From positions 40,114,001 through 40,178,000 of the forward strand of contig OY740795.1 of the NCBI GenBank assembly GCA_963514005.1: DNA of 64,000 bases, read 5' to 3'. This document shows, piece after piece, positions 9,143-22,768 of this stretch. The DNA comes from Raja brachyura. Lineage: Eukaryota. The notes beneath the pieces are model-generated. The model worked only from the letters and a program-made list of their open reading frames with translations, ran no database searches and had not been told where the DNA came from. Made by a program: the position numbers and the translations under genes. How positions within the stretch are numbered: the stretch's first letter is position 1; every line of letters begins with the position of its first letter.

Positions 9143-11074
9143 TATTAGAGCCAGGTGGAACAATGACACATCCTTGCTTAATCCCAATTTAGACAATGAA
9201 TGGGTTAGTCTTTCAACCATTGTAATTATTTCAAAAATGTTTTGTACTCCTCTTTGTCTATGTAATAATGTACACATTTTGTTGTTCTCACTCACTTCTG
9301 AGATCTGCTTGGCAATCAAGATCAAGCCAGTTGTCCACAAGAATATCCAAATCTAAAGTGAGATTGCAGCAGGGCTTCTTTGATAGGGCTGCGATGGGGA
9401 GAGAAATGCCCCAATAATTTTCACACATTGACTTGCCTAAGTTCTTGAAGTATTCTTCAAATTCTTTGGAATTTCATAATTGTTCCATATTTGAATAAGC
9501 TTGCGGAGATTTTTTTATCAGCACATGACCTCCAGCCTTACAACAGGGTGACATTGGTCACCCATCTTTGCTCTTGAACTGCTGTAAGGCTAAGACCTTT
9601 TCTTTAGTGGTAGAGAGGTTGGCTAAAGGTTGTTTTATGGCTTCAACAGACAGAGTTAAAAGTATTATAGTTGGCTCTTATTCTCTAAGAAATTGAATGT
9701 GAATGGCTTCATTTCCCTTTAGAGGCATGAAGCCATATTGAGATTGAAAGATAGTGGCATCAGGGTGCATTAGGTCTGTGTGTAATATGTAAATGAATGA
9801 TATGTACGTATGATGATGTAACCGTACGTGTGATCTGAGCACAGATGCTAATTTTCATCTTCATGAAGTGTTTGCACATGTTCTGAAATTGTTTGTTTCT
9901 CCGAGAGTTTATCTAATACATTAATCATCAGCTCAACAAAACTTGTGCACAAATTCAATACATTTGGTGAGAAGAACAGTGAATAAAGTCAAGACATTAT
10001 GATGTAGGAATAAAATTAATTCTGTGCTGAAACTGGGTGGAATATGCAGGGAGTCAATGATTGGACTGTAATGTACTGGCTATACAGAAACTATAAACTC
10101 TGCAGAACAAAAAATTGGTTGGTAATCAACATTTTTGAAGACCATTGGTACAGAGTGAGCCAGGCAGCAGCTACTAAGTAAACAGTGATTGTCAATGGTT
10201 CTGTGAGAGTTAGAGAGATACTAATCCTAGGGAAGACATGGGGAAATAAAATACAGGAGAACCAAATGCTGCCTAGAAAAAAAACAAGACAAGATGGCAG
10301 TGCAAGTGCAGATAGAATCTAAAGGCAACCTTGGAGGACATAATTATGTGCAGAGGAAATGGACGATTTCTTCACTGAAAATAATATTTTGTAAGGAGAG
10401 GATCACCGATATCATACAGGCACCAATATCATCAAAAGAGAAAAATAAACAATATGATTGGTTTTGAGGGCTTGCTCTTCCAGTACTCCTAGTGAAAGAC
10501 AAAATGTTTGATTCACTAAGGCAGTGCTGGGCATTGTGGAAAGGTGCTTACAGGGCACATCAAATCAAAGAGTAGGAAAACAGTCAATGGCTATTACATT
10601 GATTTGAAGGATTCATCCAGAGATTGCAACTTTGACAATGTTTTGGTTGTGTGCTGCAGGATAGACTTGCAGATGGATGAAAAGGTAATTGGAATTGGTT
10701 CAAATTGTGAACCTTAAATTTGATTAGGCTTGCAAAATGTGCAACCTCCATGGAAATAGCAGAGAAAATGTCATGGAACATTATCCAACACAAATGTGAA
10801 TGTAATTTGCAGTCTAGGGACAATATAAATAACTTGATTCCTGAAACAAATTCCACGTTGGATGAGTACACAAGGTGTTAGTTTATTGAAGATGCAATTG
10901 CATCAAACATTGCAATTTTTCTTCAAGACAACAATGCATGTGTATGAAGTAACTGCAGTTGTTGGTTTAAACTGAAGATAATAGAACAATGACATTCTTA
11001 TTTGCGACAGCTAAGTAAGACCTGCAACTTAAGAAACAAAAAGAGAAGGTTCAACAAATTAAAAAAAACATCAA

Positions 11075-11552
11075 TTCAAAAGCTCGAAGGAAACTGTCCC
11101 TGAATCTGGAGGTGTGCATTTTCATTCTCCTGTACCAACGTGAAGTGGAGATGGAGTCAATGGAAGGCAGGTTGGTTTGCATGATTGTCTGGCCTGTTTC
11201 CACAATTCTCTGCAATATCTTGCAGTCTTGGATGTAGCAGTTCCCAAACCATGCTGATGCACCCTTCTAAGCAGATCTGTAGAAGTTGATGAGATTTGTT
11301 GGGGAGATGCCGAATTTCCTCAGCCAGAAATAAATAGAGGTTTTGGTGTTCTTTCTTGGCTATTGCTTCAATATGGTAGTCCAGGACAAGTTGCTGGTGA
11401 TATGTACTCCAATAAACTTGAAGCTTTCAACCATCTCTACTTTGGTGCCATCAATGTATAGCATGTGCATGTGTACCACTTTGCTTCCTGAAGTCGATCA
11501 CTATCTCCTTTGTCTTGCAGACATTGACAGAAAGGTTGTTGTCTTGACACCA
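11075..11552 (-). mobile_element. Degraded Rex1/Babar LINE 3' fragment
   Basis: Minus strand resembles NLxLNVSKTKExxIDFRK...VESFKFIGVHIT.NLSWT, like the 51012-51773 copy. Confidence 0.65.
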
Positions 11553-12169
11553 GGTCATAGAATCATAGAAAATAGGTGCAGGAGTAGACCATTTGGTCCT
11601 TTGAGCCTGCACCGCCATTCAATATGATCATGTCTGATCATGAGGCTCCTATTTCTCCGGGGGGGGGGGGGGGGGGGGTGGGGGGGGAGGTGGGGTGGGT
11701 AATGGGGGATGTGTTGTTGGTTAGTCATCTTAAACAGGATAATTCAATGGTCATGAGGCTCTCAATCTGTCTCATCACTATTAGATATGTGGCCCACTAC
11801 GGTGGTGTCATCCACCTCTCTAGGGCAAATGAGATCTTAATATAAATAAATAATCGGCTGTATTTCTACAGCAATGGCTTGGTCATGGTTGGGGAAAACT
11901 ATAGCAGGAAATTTGACCATCTCTGCATCAGAAAATATTAAATTAGCTTCAATAGCCACTTCAGTGAAGTACTGAAACCATGGGTCAAATACGATGCCTT
12001 GTGTATTAATGACCAATAGTTAGAAAGGCCAATCATCACATCTAAACACACACACATAATGAGGCAACTATTGGTTACGGAAACTAAGAATCAGTTAGAA
12101 GATTATGTATATTATCTACACCGTTTGTGCATAATCTCCCTTGGAAATTCTTGGGAAGGTTTAAAAAGG

Positions 12170-12630
12170 ACTGCAGATATACAAAAAGACACAAAGTGCT
12201 GTAGAAACTCCGTGGGTTAGCCAGCATCTCTGGAGGACATAAATGGATAATGTTCCGGATCAGACTGATTGTAGTGGGGGGGGAGGTGAATGTTGGAAGA
12301 GAGGTGAAAGAAGAACAGGCAAATGATAGGCTGCTACAGGTGAGGGGGCTTAATTGGCAGATGGTTGGACAAAGGCCAGAGATGAAAAGCCTGGAGGCTG
12401 TGAGGTAAGGAAATAAAACGTGTGAAATGAGATGATGGATAAATAGTAAAGGGGAAGATAGAGGAAGGGGAAAGGCAGTGGGATTATGGGAGAAATGGGT
12501 TCGTATGCAGGTGGTACACAGGGAAGAGGGGCGGGAGGGAGGGAGGTGGGGTGGGTAATAGGGGATGTGTTGTTGGTTAGTTATCTTAAACAGGATAATT
12601 CAATGTTCATGCCCATTGGGTTGCAGGTAT
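12170..12630 (-). mobile_element. Penelope-like element terminal fragment, degraded
   Basis: Begins with the ACACAAAGTGCTG..AAACTC..GCAGCATCTCTGGAG arm shared with the other pLTR-type repeats in the window. Confidence 0.5.
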
Positions 12631-13794
12631 ACTTATACCGGCTACAAGGCACACACTGTCTGATGCCACACTAATATAGTGTAAACTTCACCTATAGATA
12701 TTTTCTCAAAAATATCAAGTGAAAGAAGAAGTAGACAAGCTAGAGAAGAATGGAGTCCGAATGAAAATGGCTCAAAGTGAAAGTGAAAGCCCAATGGAGA
12801 TGCACTTTCTTATCCCTTTATTCCTTATACCGCGCTTACAACGATCTAACACACACTCGCACATGGTGTTGATTTCACCAAGAAGAATGATCTATACCTC
12901 TTTAGGGATACAGTTTGTAGAATGATGGTTCCTGAGATCCTCGTCGGCATTGAGTAATGGGGTGTTAGGCTGATCACTGCAGCCTGCTGATTGTCAGATA
13001 GTTTTGAGGCAAAGATTCTGGCAAAAGAATGCCACAAAGTCAATTGGTTGATGAGCTTGTTTCCAGCCACAGGCTATTCAGTCTCCAGCTGCCTTCCCTT
13101 TCCAGAAGAAATGAAGTCCTCAACTTCTTCTCTTCCATCTTGTATCTTGCCTCACAGAAGAGCCTCGGGCAGAGAAGCAGGAAGGGTGGGGGGTGACTGA
13201 AATAGTTCTTCTTTTAACTGTTGTAGACAGAATGGTCCAAATGGTCTCCTTCTGTACCACAAGTTTCTATAACTATACGATTTAATGCAACATCTTGAGT
13301 CATAGATGCCTAGTGCTTGTTTTCGAATTTCGGATTTGTCCACAAACTAGCCTAGATGATGACATTTGACAAATCTTAAATTTTGTGGAATTAAAGAAAG
13401 AGACATCAGTTGTATGATGAAGCCCAGTTTATGGATCATGGGTATGCAATGGACTAGAGGCTAGACATTAAAGTATTTCAAGTCAATGAACAATGATGCC
13501 CATGATATGAAATTTCGTAAAATGTTAGTGGAATTTATTTAAATGAGCATAAAGCCCAGAATTTCATTCTGGACTTTTGCTAATGTTCATCAATGAAATT
13601 ACTAATTTAATTGTGGCATTTACAAAGCATAGTATGCCAAAGTTGCAAAAAAGCAAAAGAAGACAATTTCAGTTTGAAGATGAACTATGTGTGATTCATA
13701 TATTGTTTTGATTCATAGGAGCATCAACATTTTATATCCCATCAAACAGGAACTCTGATAGAATAATATTTAACATATCTAAAAAAGGCAGATA

Positions 13795-14046
13795 GTGTTG
13801 GAGTAACTCAGCAGGTCAGGCAGCATCCCTGGTGAATATGGATAGGTGATGTTTCGGTCTGAAGAAGAGTTTCGGCACAACACGTTGCCTATTTCCGTCG
13901 CTCCATAGATGCTGCTGCATCCATTGAGTTTCTCCAGCAATTTTATCTACCTTCAAATATCCAGGTTCTTCAGGTATGCAGCCTGACCTGCTGAGCGACT
14001 CCAGCATTTTGTGTCTTTTTTTGTCAAACAGCCTCTGCAGCTCCTT
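13795..14046. mobile_element. Nested or inverted Penelope-type terminal repeats with a decayed hammerhead-like core
   Basis: GGAGTAACTCAGCAGGTCAGGCAGCATC arm and inverse arms; CTGAAGAAG at ~13859. Confidence 0.6.
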
Positions 14047-14353
14047 GATTCGACTACTTGTCATATCTAGATTTGTAAAAGGTGTCAGGAGATCAGGTCA
14101 CATGTTAAACTAATTCAAGGTAATCAATCCAGTGTCCACAAGCAAGTCTGTCCCTTTTTATCACGAGATTACAATGGATCTGCAGTTGCTTACAAGGAAA
14201 AAGTTATGTTCTACTGACTCAAATGCATCTTAAGAAGTTGCTTCTTCCACATGATTGCACGTGATTGCACTCTGGCACTCTCGGACCGGCATTGAAAATT
14301 ATTCTCTGCAATACTAGTTCACAAATACAGTTCACAAATTCACCACTGAACTT

Positions 14354-14603
14354 GGGCGGCATGATGGGGCACTGGTAGAGTTGCTGCTTTACAGCGCTTG
14401 CAGCACCAGTGACCGCGTGGGTTTTCTCCAAGATCTTTGTTTTCCTCCCACACTCAAGACGTACAGGTTTGGTTAATTGGTTAATTGGTTAAGTGTAAAT
14501 TGTCCCTTGTGTATGTAGGATAGTGTTAATGTCCAGGATTGCTGGTCGTTGCAGACATGATGGGCCGAAGGGTCTGTATCTCTAAACTAAAACTAAACTA
14601 AAC
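14354..14603 (+). mobile_element. V-SINE (HE1-like), internally deleted
   Basis: tRNA-like head GGTAGAGTTGCTGC, V-domain GCGTGGGTTTTCTCC...TTCCTCCCACA, CR1-derived GGGCCGAAGGG and (CTAAA)n tail. Confidence 0.7.
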
Positions 14604-15407
14604 ATAAAATCTTTTTAAAAAGAATGCAATATAGAATCTGTAATTATGATGGGACATTTCAAATACTGGAATTGTCTGAATAAGGATCTTGGCCTGAAGC
14701 ATTGCCTATCCATGTTCTCCAGAGATGCTATCTGACCCACTTAGTTACTCCAGCACTTTGTGTCTTTTTGTGTGAGCAAGGTCCATGTATTTTGCAGGTC
14801 CATGTTTCTACTGGAATTGTTTTTCCGGTGAAGCGGTAAGGAAGATAAGGTTCAACCACAATTTGAAAAATATATTAAGAATTATTCTGCGGTTGAGAAT
14901 TATTTTTGTAGTTATTAATATGAAGTGAATAATAAGAGAGATGAGAAAAATAACTTATTAGAAAGAACTTGGAATATTGATTGCTTTGCCACTGGCAGAG
15001 GATGACACAGAATCGCTGAATTTAACAATAAAGTTCACAAATGATTGAACGTTGAAAAATAAGGAATCAGATGAGCAGAAAGGGCAGCAGAATTAATTTC
15101 AGATTGTTCTGATATACACATGCACTCGTTGTGGGAAAATTGATTGTTATGTTGAAATTCAGGAAGATTGCATTACTCAGAGCATTCCATCTTTCTGGCT
15201 GCAACAAAATATTATCTGAGGGATAATAAACACCCATTTGATGTGATGTACCAATTGTACATTCTATGATATTAGCAGATCACTTATTTTATATTTTCTC
15301 ATGTAAACTTTGGAAGTGATGACCATGTTATTGTAAGGTAATATTCTTACCTCTTGCTTCATGTGCAGGGATATTTCAAGTGACAATAGTGGATCAGCTG
15401 TGCCACT

Positions 15408-15501
15408 CTCACACAGGCACACGCACACACATGCATGCACACATGCACGCATGCACACATGCGCGCACACACACGCACACACATGGCTGCACAAACACAC
15501 A
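15408..15501. repeat. Imperfect (CA/CG/TG)n microsatellite
   Basis: Direct observation. Confidence 0.9.
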
Positions 15502-16254
15502 AGTGATTATCACACAGTGAATGAAGTGAATGCTGTTGACTATACAGAAGCCCCTAACCTATTTGGCTACTCTGTTAACCGGAGGAGAAGAAATTGAGCT
15601 GAGTAATCCTTAATAGAGTAGAATGGAGGTGGGGAAGAAAATGTGTTAATTATGAAGGATAATTATTTTTTAAAAAGGTAATGAAGCAAGGTGTTTGATT
15701 TCTCTCAGGATTTCTGATTAAACAAAAGTTTGTAAACAGCATCTTTTGTTTTACATAAAGAATTTGAACAGATGTTATGTCTTCAGAGATTCAGGGGATT
15801 TGAGGTAAATTAAGCTTTCATTTGTGCCCTGGGGAACTATTTGCTCAAAGTGATGTACACCACACAGGACTGTAACTGTCAGTCTGTGTCATGTCAGACA
15901 CAGACTGTAGTAAGCAGCTCAGATGGTTCCTGCCCTAAATTCTGACGGCTTTACCTAGCTGATGATGCTTGTTACAGATGGTTTTCATTCAGAAACATTC
16001 CATGGATTGCCAGGCTAGAATGCTAACGCCATTGTGTTGTGTAGGCTGTCTCTGACCTTCTGAAATGGCTGCCTTTCCCAATTTGTTTATCTTCACGTTT
16101 GCTTTCAAGTTAAAGTGCTATGAAATTAGGATCATTTGTGTGAATAGACACTATTACTGATGGTGTATTCCAACCCAATTCTCGGAATGCTCAAGTGCAG
16201 GAAGGGGAAAATGAAAACATTGGGAGTTGATAAAGCAATAATTGATTTAACCAT

Positions 16255-16424
16255 TGTTTAAGAAGGAACTGCAGATGGTGGAAAATTGAAGGTAGACAAA
16301 AATGCGGGAGAAACTCAGCGGGTGAGGCAGTCTGAAGAAGGGTTTCGGCTTGAGACGTTGCTTATTTCCTTCGCTCCATAGATGCTGCCTCACCCACTGA
16401 GTTTCTCCAGCATTTTTGTCTACC
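16255..16424. mobile_element. 170-bp Penelope-type inverted terminal mini-insertion with 14-bp TSD
   Basis: ATTGATTTAACCAT at 16241-16254 and 16425-16438; inverted arms ~16290-16330 and 16385-16424; central CTGAAGAAGGG...GAGACGTT. Confidence 0.75.
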
Positions 16425-17609
16425 ATTGATTTAACCATAGTTAACTGTGACACTCATAGACCACATAAATCACAGCTTGGCTGACTAGAAATTTGTGTTT
16501 ACATCTGGCAATCTGTTTACTGCTGTAACATCAGTGTTCTTTACTTGGCGATAAAATGATGGGGGGGAACTACTTTCAGATTGTATTTAATGATCATGTA
16601 TTTGTGAGAACTTGCACAAGATTAACATGTACCACTTGTTAAACATTTAAATTTTATTCTTCCGTAAGTGTGTTGTAACTTCACCCTGAAGTTACATCTT
16701 TTCAAATATAGTGCTTCTGTACTGAAGCCTCTGGCTCTCCTTTTCTGAATTGAATGTTTTGTGACTGTTAATTGTTGTGAATTCATGGAACCTCATCAAA
16801 TTTCCAATGAGCCATTTATATGCTTTTCTTTCAGTTAATGTCTTCAATACTGAGTGATAGTTTCTAGCCCATAATTTTTAGCCCTTGAACCCATCTCATC
16901 CATGCCAACCAAGATATCCCATCTAAGCTAGTCCCATTTGCACTCGAGCAACAATACGTATCAATGACAATGAGGCCATCACACTTGTCTTCATTTATTC
17001 AGAGGCAGCTCTAGTGAGACTATTGATTATGCCATTACTTTATCAACGATATTTGACTTAATAATCAAAGGAGCGATGTGCTCAAATATTTCTCCATTAA
17101 TGTGCTAAAATCTCACGTTCTGACTTTGACCATTGCTTGTGATGCCGAAATCCTGACAACTTCATTTAAAAGCTTTTTTTTCATTTGATTTAATGTTTCT
17201 TCATGATATACATTTTTATTTAAAAAGCGACAGATCTGTGAAGTGTTTGTGCTCCATTTCAAAGAGTCTTCTGGAGGTAAAACCCAAACCTGCGCTCCGT
17301 TCTACAGACCAGGGAGGTATTGTTCATTCTTGGTGATTCTTTGTCAATGAACTGACCCTCAGTCATGAGCACCATTCAACACACCGCTGCCAGCTTTGCT
17401 ATCACATGCAGACAACTCAGTTTCCCAGTTCCATCTGTATGTGTGTGCCAAATCAACCAGATTTATCCAGTACGTAATTATGTAATCCCATGTAGGCCCA
17501 GAATTGAACTTGTTTATCATGTAACTCACAATTGAATGGTCAGTCCACTCATGATGAGCATGTTGGTAAATGTGAAGAATTCCTACAGAAAATTAATAGG
17601 AACGTCAGG

Positions 17610-17840
17610 GGCAGCTTTTTCCACTCATTGTGGTGATCAAAGGGAACAAGCAGCCAGGTGAGGTAGTTGAGGCAGGGACCATAACGGCATTTAAAAGCCT
17701 TTTGGACAGATACATAAATAAAGGTTTAGAGAGATGTGAGCCAAAGAAGGGCAAATGGGACTAGCTTAGACATGACATCTTGGTTGGTATGGATGAGTTG
17801 GGCTCAAGGGCTTGCTGCCCTACTGCATGACTCTATGACA
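17610..17840 (+). mobile_element. CR1 3' fragment
   Basis: Similar to 8891-9142; ends CATGACTCTATGAC. Confidence 0.7.
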
Positions 17841-18184
17841 TTGAAAATACCAAGTTGCAGCACAGCCACTCTTGGAAAGGCTTGATGCATTCTACACATG
17901 TTTTGCTAGGGAAAACACTGATGTGCCTTCTCAGGCCCCCATAGCCCCCAATGCTATGTAATCTATCATTGAGGCCAATGGTAGAAGATCCTTCAGGGAA
18001 GTCCTAAGATCCTTAGGAAAACATCTGGACCTGATGGTGTATCTAGTCATGTTCTCAGAAGCTGTGTAGAGCAACTGGCTGGAGTTTTTGAGGACATTTT
18101 CAACCTCATTACCGAGGTCTGAAAATGTTTCTAAATATCATCAGTAATCACCAGTTTTTAAATATCATCAGTAATACAGGTGCC

Positions 18185-21100
18185 TTTTGTGATTCTGTTG
18201 TTTAAATAACTGACGTCTTACACCGTGATAAAGATCTAAAGACTTTATTAAAGTTACAGTTATTAGTTATATAGTTATTAATGTAACTTCATACTAGCAC
18301 GTTCCTCTAAAAGTGTGGGAATGAGGCAGGGAAGCTTGCTGTTAAGCTAGTGGGCGTAGCTACAAAATATGAATCATAACATGAGTGACACTGTTCTACA
18401 TTCTCTCTCTTAACGAATTAGACATCAGTACAAAACCATTAACTAAGTAGGGCTTGGATAGTAATTCATAATAAACTAGAGGAAAATCAAACATAGCCCA
18501 GGTACTTCATGGTGGGCTTGCAAACTTGACCGGCACGTGTACAATAAAGACCATCTCCGTTTTTTCCCCCCGGGGGCAGAGCTGGAGGCTTCACAGGTGA
18601 GGGGGACTGAACCAGCATTCTCGTAGATTAAGCAGGAGACTGTGGCACAGGCAAACCTGCCACTGGCAAACCAGCCGTTGCAGACGTGGGCTGTTGTACT
18701 GGTATAGGCGGCGGAGTGCCGCTAGACACAGATGGAAGTACACTTATATGGTCTGGATAATACGTAGGTGGAACTGGCTCGTTCACAAGCAGGATATGTT
18801 GTCTGTTACGCCTGTAGGTGCTGCCATCGGCACTGACCAGATACGAGTGTGGCTCAGAAGCAGTTCCAGAAATTACACCAACGCGGTCATGGCCTTTCTC
18901 AGTCTGCAAACGAACCACCTGCCCCTTGGTTAATGGTGGCAGTGGCCTACTTGTATTGTTGTACCATTGTTTTTGAATGTTACGCTTTTGTTACAACCTG
19001 GACTGAACCTCCTCAGGTGGAACCACCTGAGGGATCAATGTCTGATCCGCCACAGGCACCGTGGCATGGGTCTGCCTCGACAATAAACGTTGAGAGGGAG
19101 ATGTTGCGTAAGTTGAGTAGATCCAGGAATACGTCGGAATTAGCTCTGTGCGAATGTTTCATGAGCTGTTTGGCACTCTTGACAGCCTGCTCAGCCAGTC
19201 CATTCGACTGTGGTAATGTGGCGAAAATTCCAACGTGTAGCAAACTCCCTGAAGTGTTGGCTTTTAAATTGACTGCCGTTGTCAGATAACAGTAAACCCA
19301 GAGATCCGTGGACTGAAAAATGGCGAGATAGCTTCGAAACCACCCACTTGAGAAGTGCTAAGAAAATCAATGTCAAACCATCCTGAATACGAATCGACGA
19401 GTACTGGGTACTGCTTGCCATGTCACTCAAATATGTCAGTTGCCACTATAGACCACGGGGGTGCAGGAACCGGATGTGAAAGAAGTGGTTGCTTTTGTTG
19501 GTGAGGTACCAAGCTGTTGCACACTGCACAGGACGCCCCATTCTCTGTGATGTATTTGGCCATGCCAGGCCAGTAAAACATGCTTCAGCGCCTGGGTACC
19601 CTGCATGGACAGTGTTAAAATACTTGTTGTGCAATGAAGCAGGGACCACAGCCTTGTGTCCTGTTAAAACAATGCCATCCTGCAGCACTAGCTCATCACA
19701 GATGGCAAAGAAAGGCCGGACTGGCAGCGGAACGTTGTCGTGTTGGTCTGGCCAGCTGCGTTTAATGAAGGAGGTAAGCGACCATAGGGTACTGTCAACA
19801 GCATTGTGAGCAACCAAATCCTCCATACAGGATCAGGGGATAAAAGACACACCCATTACAATAAGTCATCTTCCGGCGAGAGCGGATCCTTGCAGGTCTT
19901 CCAGGGTGCACACAAGAGAGTGTCAGCGAGGTGCATTTCCTTACCGCATTTGTGGATCAGAACAATGTCATATTTGTGAAGTTGCAGCAGCATCCATTGT
20001 AAGCACGCTGGAGAGGCATGGATCGATTTGTTAAAGATGCTGATCAGAGGTTTGTGGTCAGTTTCAATCGTTACCGTTTGTCCGAAGATAAAATCGTTAA
20101 ATTTCTTGCAGGCGAAAACAACCCCCAACAGCTCTTTCTCAATTTGGGCGTACCGTTGTTCCATGTCAGTCATAGTTTGCGAGGCATAGGCAACAGGCTT
20201 GTAGCCGTTACCATCATTTTGAAGACATGCTGCGCCCAGCCCGTGTTGTGAGGCATCAGTGTGACCGGTCGTTTAGGATCAAAGTAAGCGAGAGTAGGTG
20301 CACAAGACATCTGCTGTTTAAGAGTGTCGAATGCCTTCTGCTGTTGCTCGTGCCAGGTCCAAGTAGTGTCTTTGTGTGTAAGCTGGCATAATGGGGCTGA
20401 TATTTTGCTGAAACCCGGAATGAATTTGCTCAAGTAGTTAGCCATGCCAAGGAATCTCTGCAAACACATCTGTGGGTGCTGGGAGCTCGTTGATAGCACT
20501 AGTTTTTGCCGGATCAGCTTTTAGGCCATCTTTAGTAAACACATGGCCTATGTATTTCACCTCATTTACCTTGAATTTGCATTTTTGAGGGTTCAGCTTG
20601 AGGTTGATGGCCTTGGCGTGATCCAAGACCTTCATCAGATTAGCATCATGTACTTCGACAGTTCGTCCCGCAATGAGGATGTTATCCACTACGATGGAGC
20701 ATGGGTAGCCTGCAAACAACTGCTCCATAGCTTCACTAGCAGAACTTATTCCAAAAGGCATGCGGAGAAATCTGTAACGCCTGAACGGAGTGCTGAAAGT
20801 GGTTAGTTGGAAACTTGGAGGAGTTGTATTCCAGCTAAATCTGCCAGAATGAACTCTTGGCATCTCGCACTGTGAATACAGTTGCCTCAGTCATCTGCGG
20901 TGCAATTTCGTCCACAGTGCACATGGGATAGTGGGGTCGTTTAATTGCTGTGTTTATGTCCTTGGGGTTGATGGAAATCCATATCTCGTCTTTATTCCAA
21001 TTGGTAGCCACGACCATGGTGGAGACCCAATCCGATGGGAGCAATCACACCTAGAGACACAGAATTAAGTTCACTTTGAACACAGTCCCGCATGTGGAAT

Positions 21101-22768
21101 CTTATGAGCTGGACGAACAATTGGAATTGCCTCAGGGACAAAGGTAATCATATACCTGACAGGCAAGCTGCCCAGCTTATCGTCAAACAAAATCTTGTAT
21201 TGTGTCAGGATTTGTTGGTTAAAATCACAGGCTGTAGTCAGATGACAAACAGAAGGGCTGAGAGAAATCAGACCCATGTCTTGACATGCGTTGATACCCA
21301 GCAGAGATGGCCCATTTTCACGAACCACATAGAAATTCAGGTTGTAAACACATGAGTTAAGACAGCAGCGTAACTCAACTTGACCGATCAGGTGCACTCG
21401 ACCTCCTGCAAATGGAACAAGGGAGATAGCCGTTGGAGAAACAATCTCTGTTTTTCGTAACTTTTTAAACACAGCCAGGCAAATGATGTTGCACCTGGCC
21501 CCTCGTCAGATAAAAAGTCTTGCCATTAACGAACAAAGGGACCTTGGGGTCTAGTTGTTTATGCATTAAATCAGATAAGGCATGTACATTGACGTCAAAA
21601 CTTTCGCCAGCAGCCTGTAAATCCGTGGGAGCTGGTTGTGAAAATTCTGAGAGTGACCTTTCACAGCCAAGCAAATTAACAGATTGTCTTGTTTGAACTC
21701 TGTTGCTACGTGAATGACAGCATTTAAATAAATTATTTATTTTATTGCAAAATCGACATAATTTTCCATACGCACGGCAATGGTCATGAACAGCAGCATG
21801 TGAACCCCCACAGTTAAAGCAATTGTCTATCAGTCTCAACTTGGTATCAGGCACTTGAGGAAAACAAGGAGAAATTTGATAAGACATACCGGCAGCATTA
21901 ATTTCACAACCAGCAGAGTGTCCCAAGACTTTGGTGGGAGTGTCAGCCATTTCAGCAATGCGACAGCGGTTTTCAGCAGTCTCTAGAGTAAGGTCAGCAT
22001 CCCGCAGTAACTCGTCGAGTAATTTATAATTGCGGGCGCCATGAACCAGACGGTCATGGACAAGGCTATCACATATATCCCTGAAGTTGCATCGACTGGC
22101 ATGTGCTTCAGTGCACTGACATACATTTCCACAGGTTCTCCCTGTCTCTGGCATCGTGAAAAGAACAGATGCAGCCCCATGACTAAGTTGATACTTAACT
22201 CACATAACTGTCGAAATTTGCGCAGTAGGCAGTCAGGGTCTCGAATAGATTCAGCAGGAGCGATCTGGACACCAGCCAGGTCAAATCTAGCCGGTGCATA
22301 GTGAAATCTTCTGGCAATTCAAGCAGCTTCTGTGCCTGCCAGATTAAGAAGAATTGACGCTCGAACACCAGGAGTAGCAGTAGGGTGAGCTGCTTCAATG
22401 TAGATTGAGAAATCTTCTTCAAATACACGCCACCGTTCTGCAAGATCCTCATCAAATACCAGGATCTCTGGTTATCTGAGAGCGGAAGCCATTGCAATAC
22501 ACTTGAGAAAACAACAAACTAAAATAAAACAGTACAATTAATCAAGAAGTGAGTCCGTATACTCTGACACCATGTTGTGATTCTGCTGTTTAAATAACTG
22601 AAGTCTTACACCGTGATAAAGGTTCAAAGACTTTATTAATGTTACAGCATCGGTAACGTCACTAACACGTTTCTCTAAAAGTGTGGGAACAAGGCAGGGA
22701 AGCTTACTGTTAAGCTAGTGGCCGTAGCTACAAAGTATGACGCATAACATGAGTGGCACTGATCTACA
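18185..22768 (-). mobile_element. Gypsy (Mag-like) LTR retrotransposon, decayed
   Basis: LTRs 18185-18400 and 22573-22768; 5-bp TSD GTGCC (18180-18184, 22769-22773); PBS TGGTGTCAGA (rc of 22563-22572, tRNA-Leu-like); PPT AAGAGAGAGAA (rc of 18401-18411). Confidence 0.93.
18628..22497 (-). pseudogene. Fragmented gag-PR-RT-RNaseH-IN polyprotein
   Basis: Cys/His knuckles (CFNCGGSH...CRFCNK), RT (DAKSSFWQ, RMPFGISSA, VVDNIL), RNase H (YAQIEKELL, ETDHKPL), integrase (SDNGSQF, QSNGLAE, YRRNRQH); integrase after RNase H is the Gypsy order. Confidence 0.9.

Noticed and set aside
9150-9660. RTE-like RT remnant on the minus strand (also ~45120-45720)
   Set aside because: Only a NYWGISL-like motif is visible; too decayed to bound or classify
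15340-15405. Possible minus-strand exon ending GAG|GTAAGA
   Set aside because: No acceptor (upstream is a microsatellite), no recognisable peptide, no partner exons
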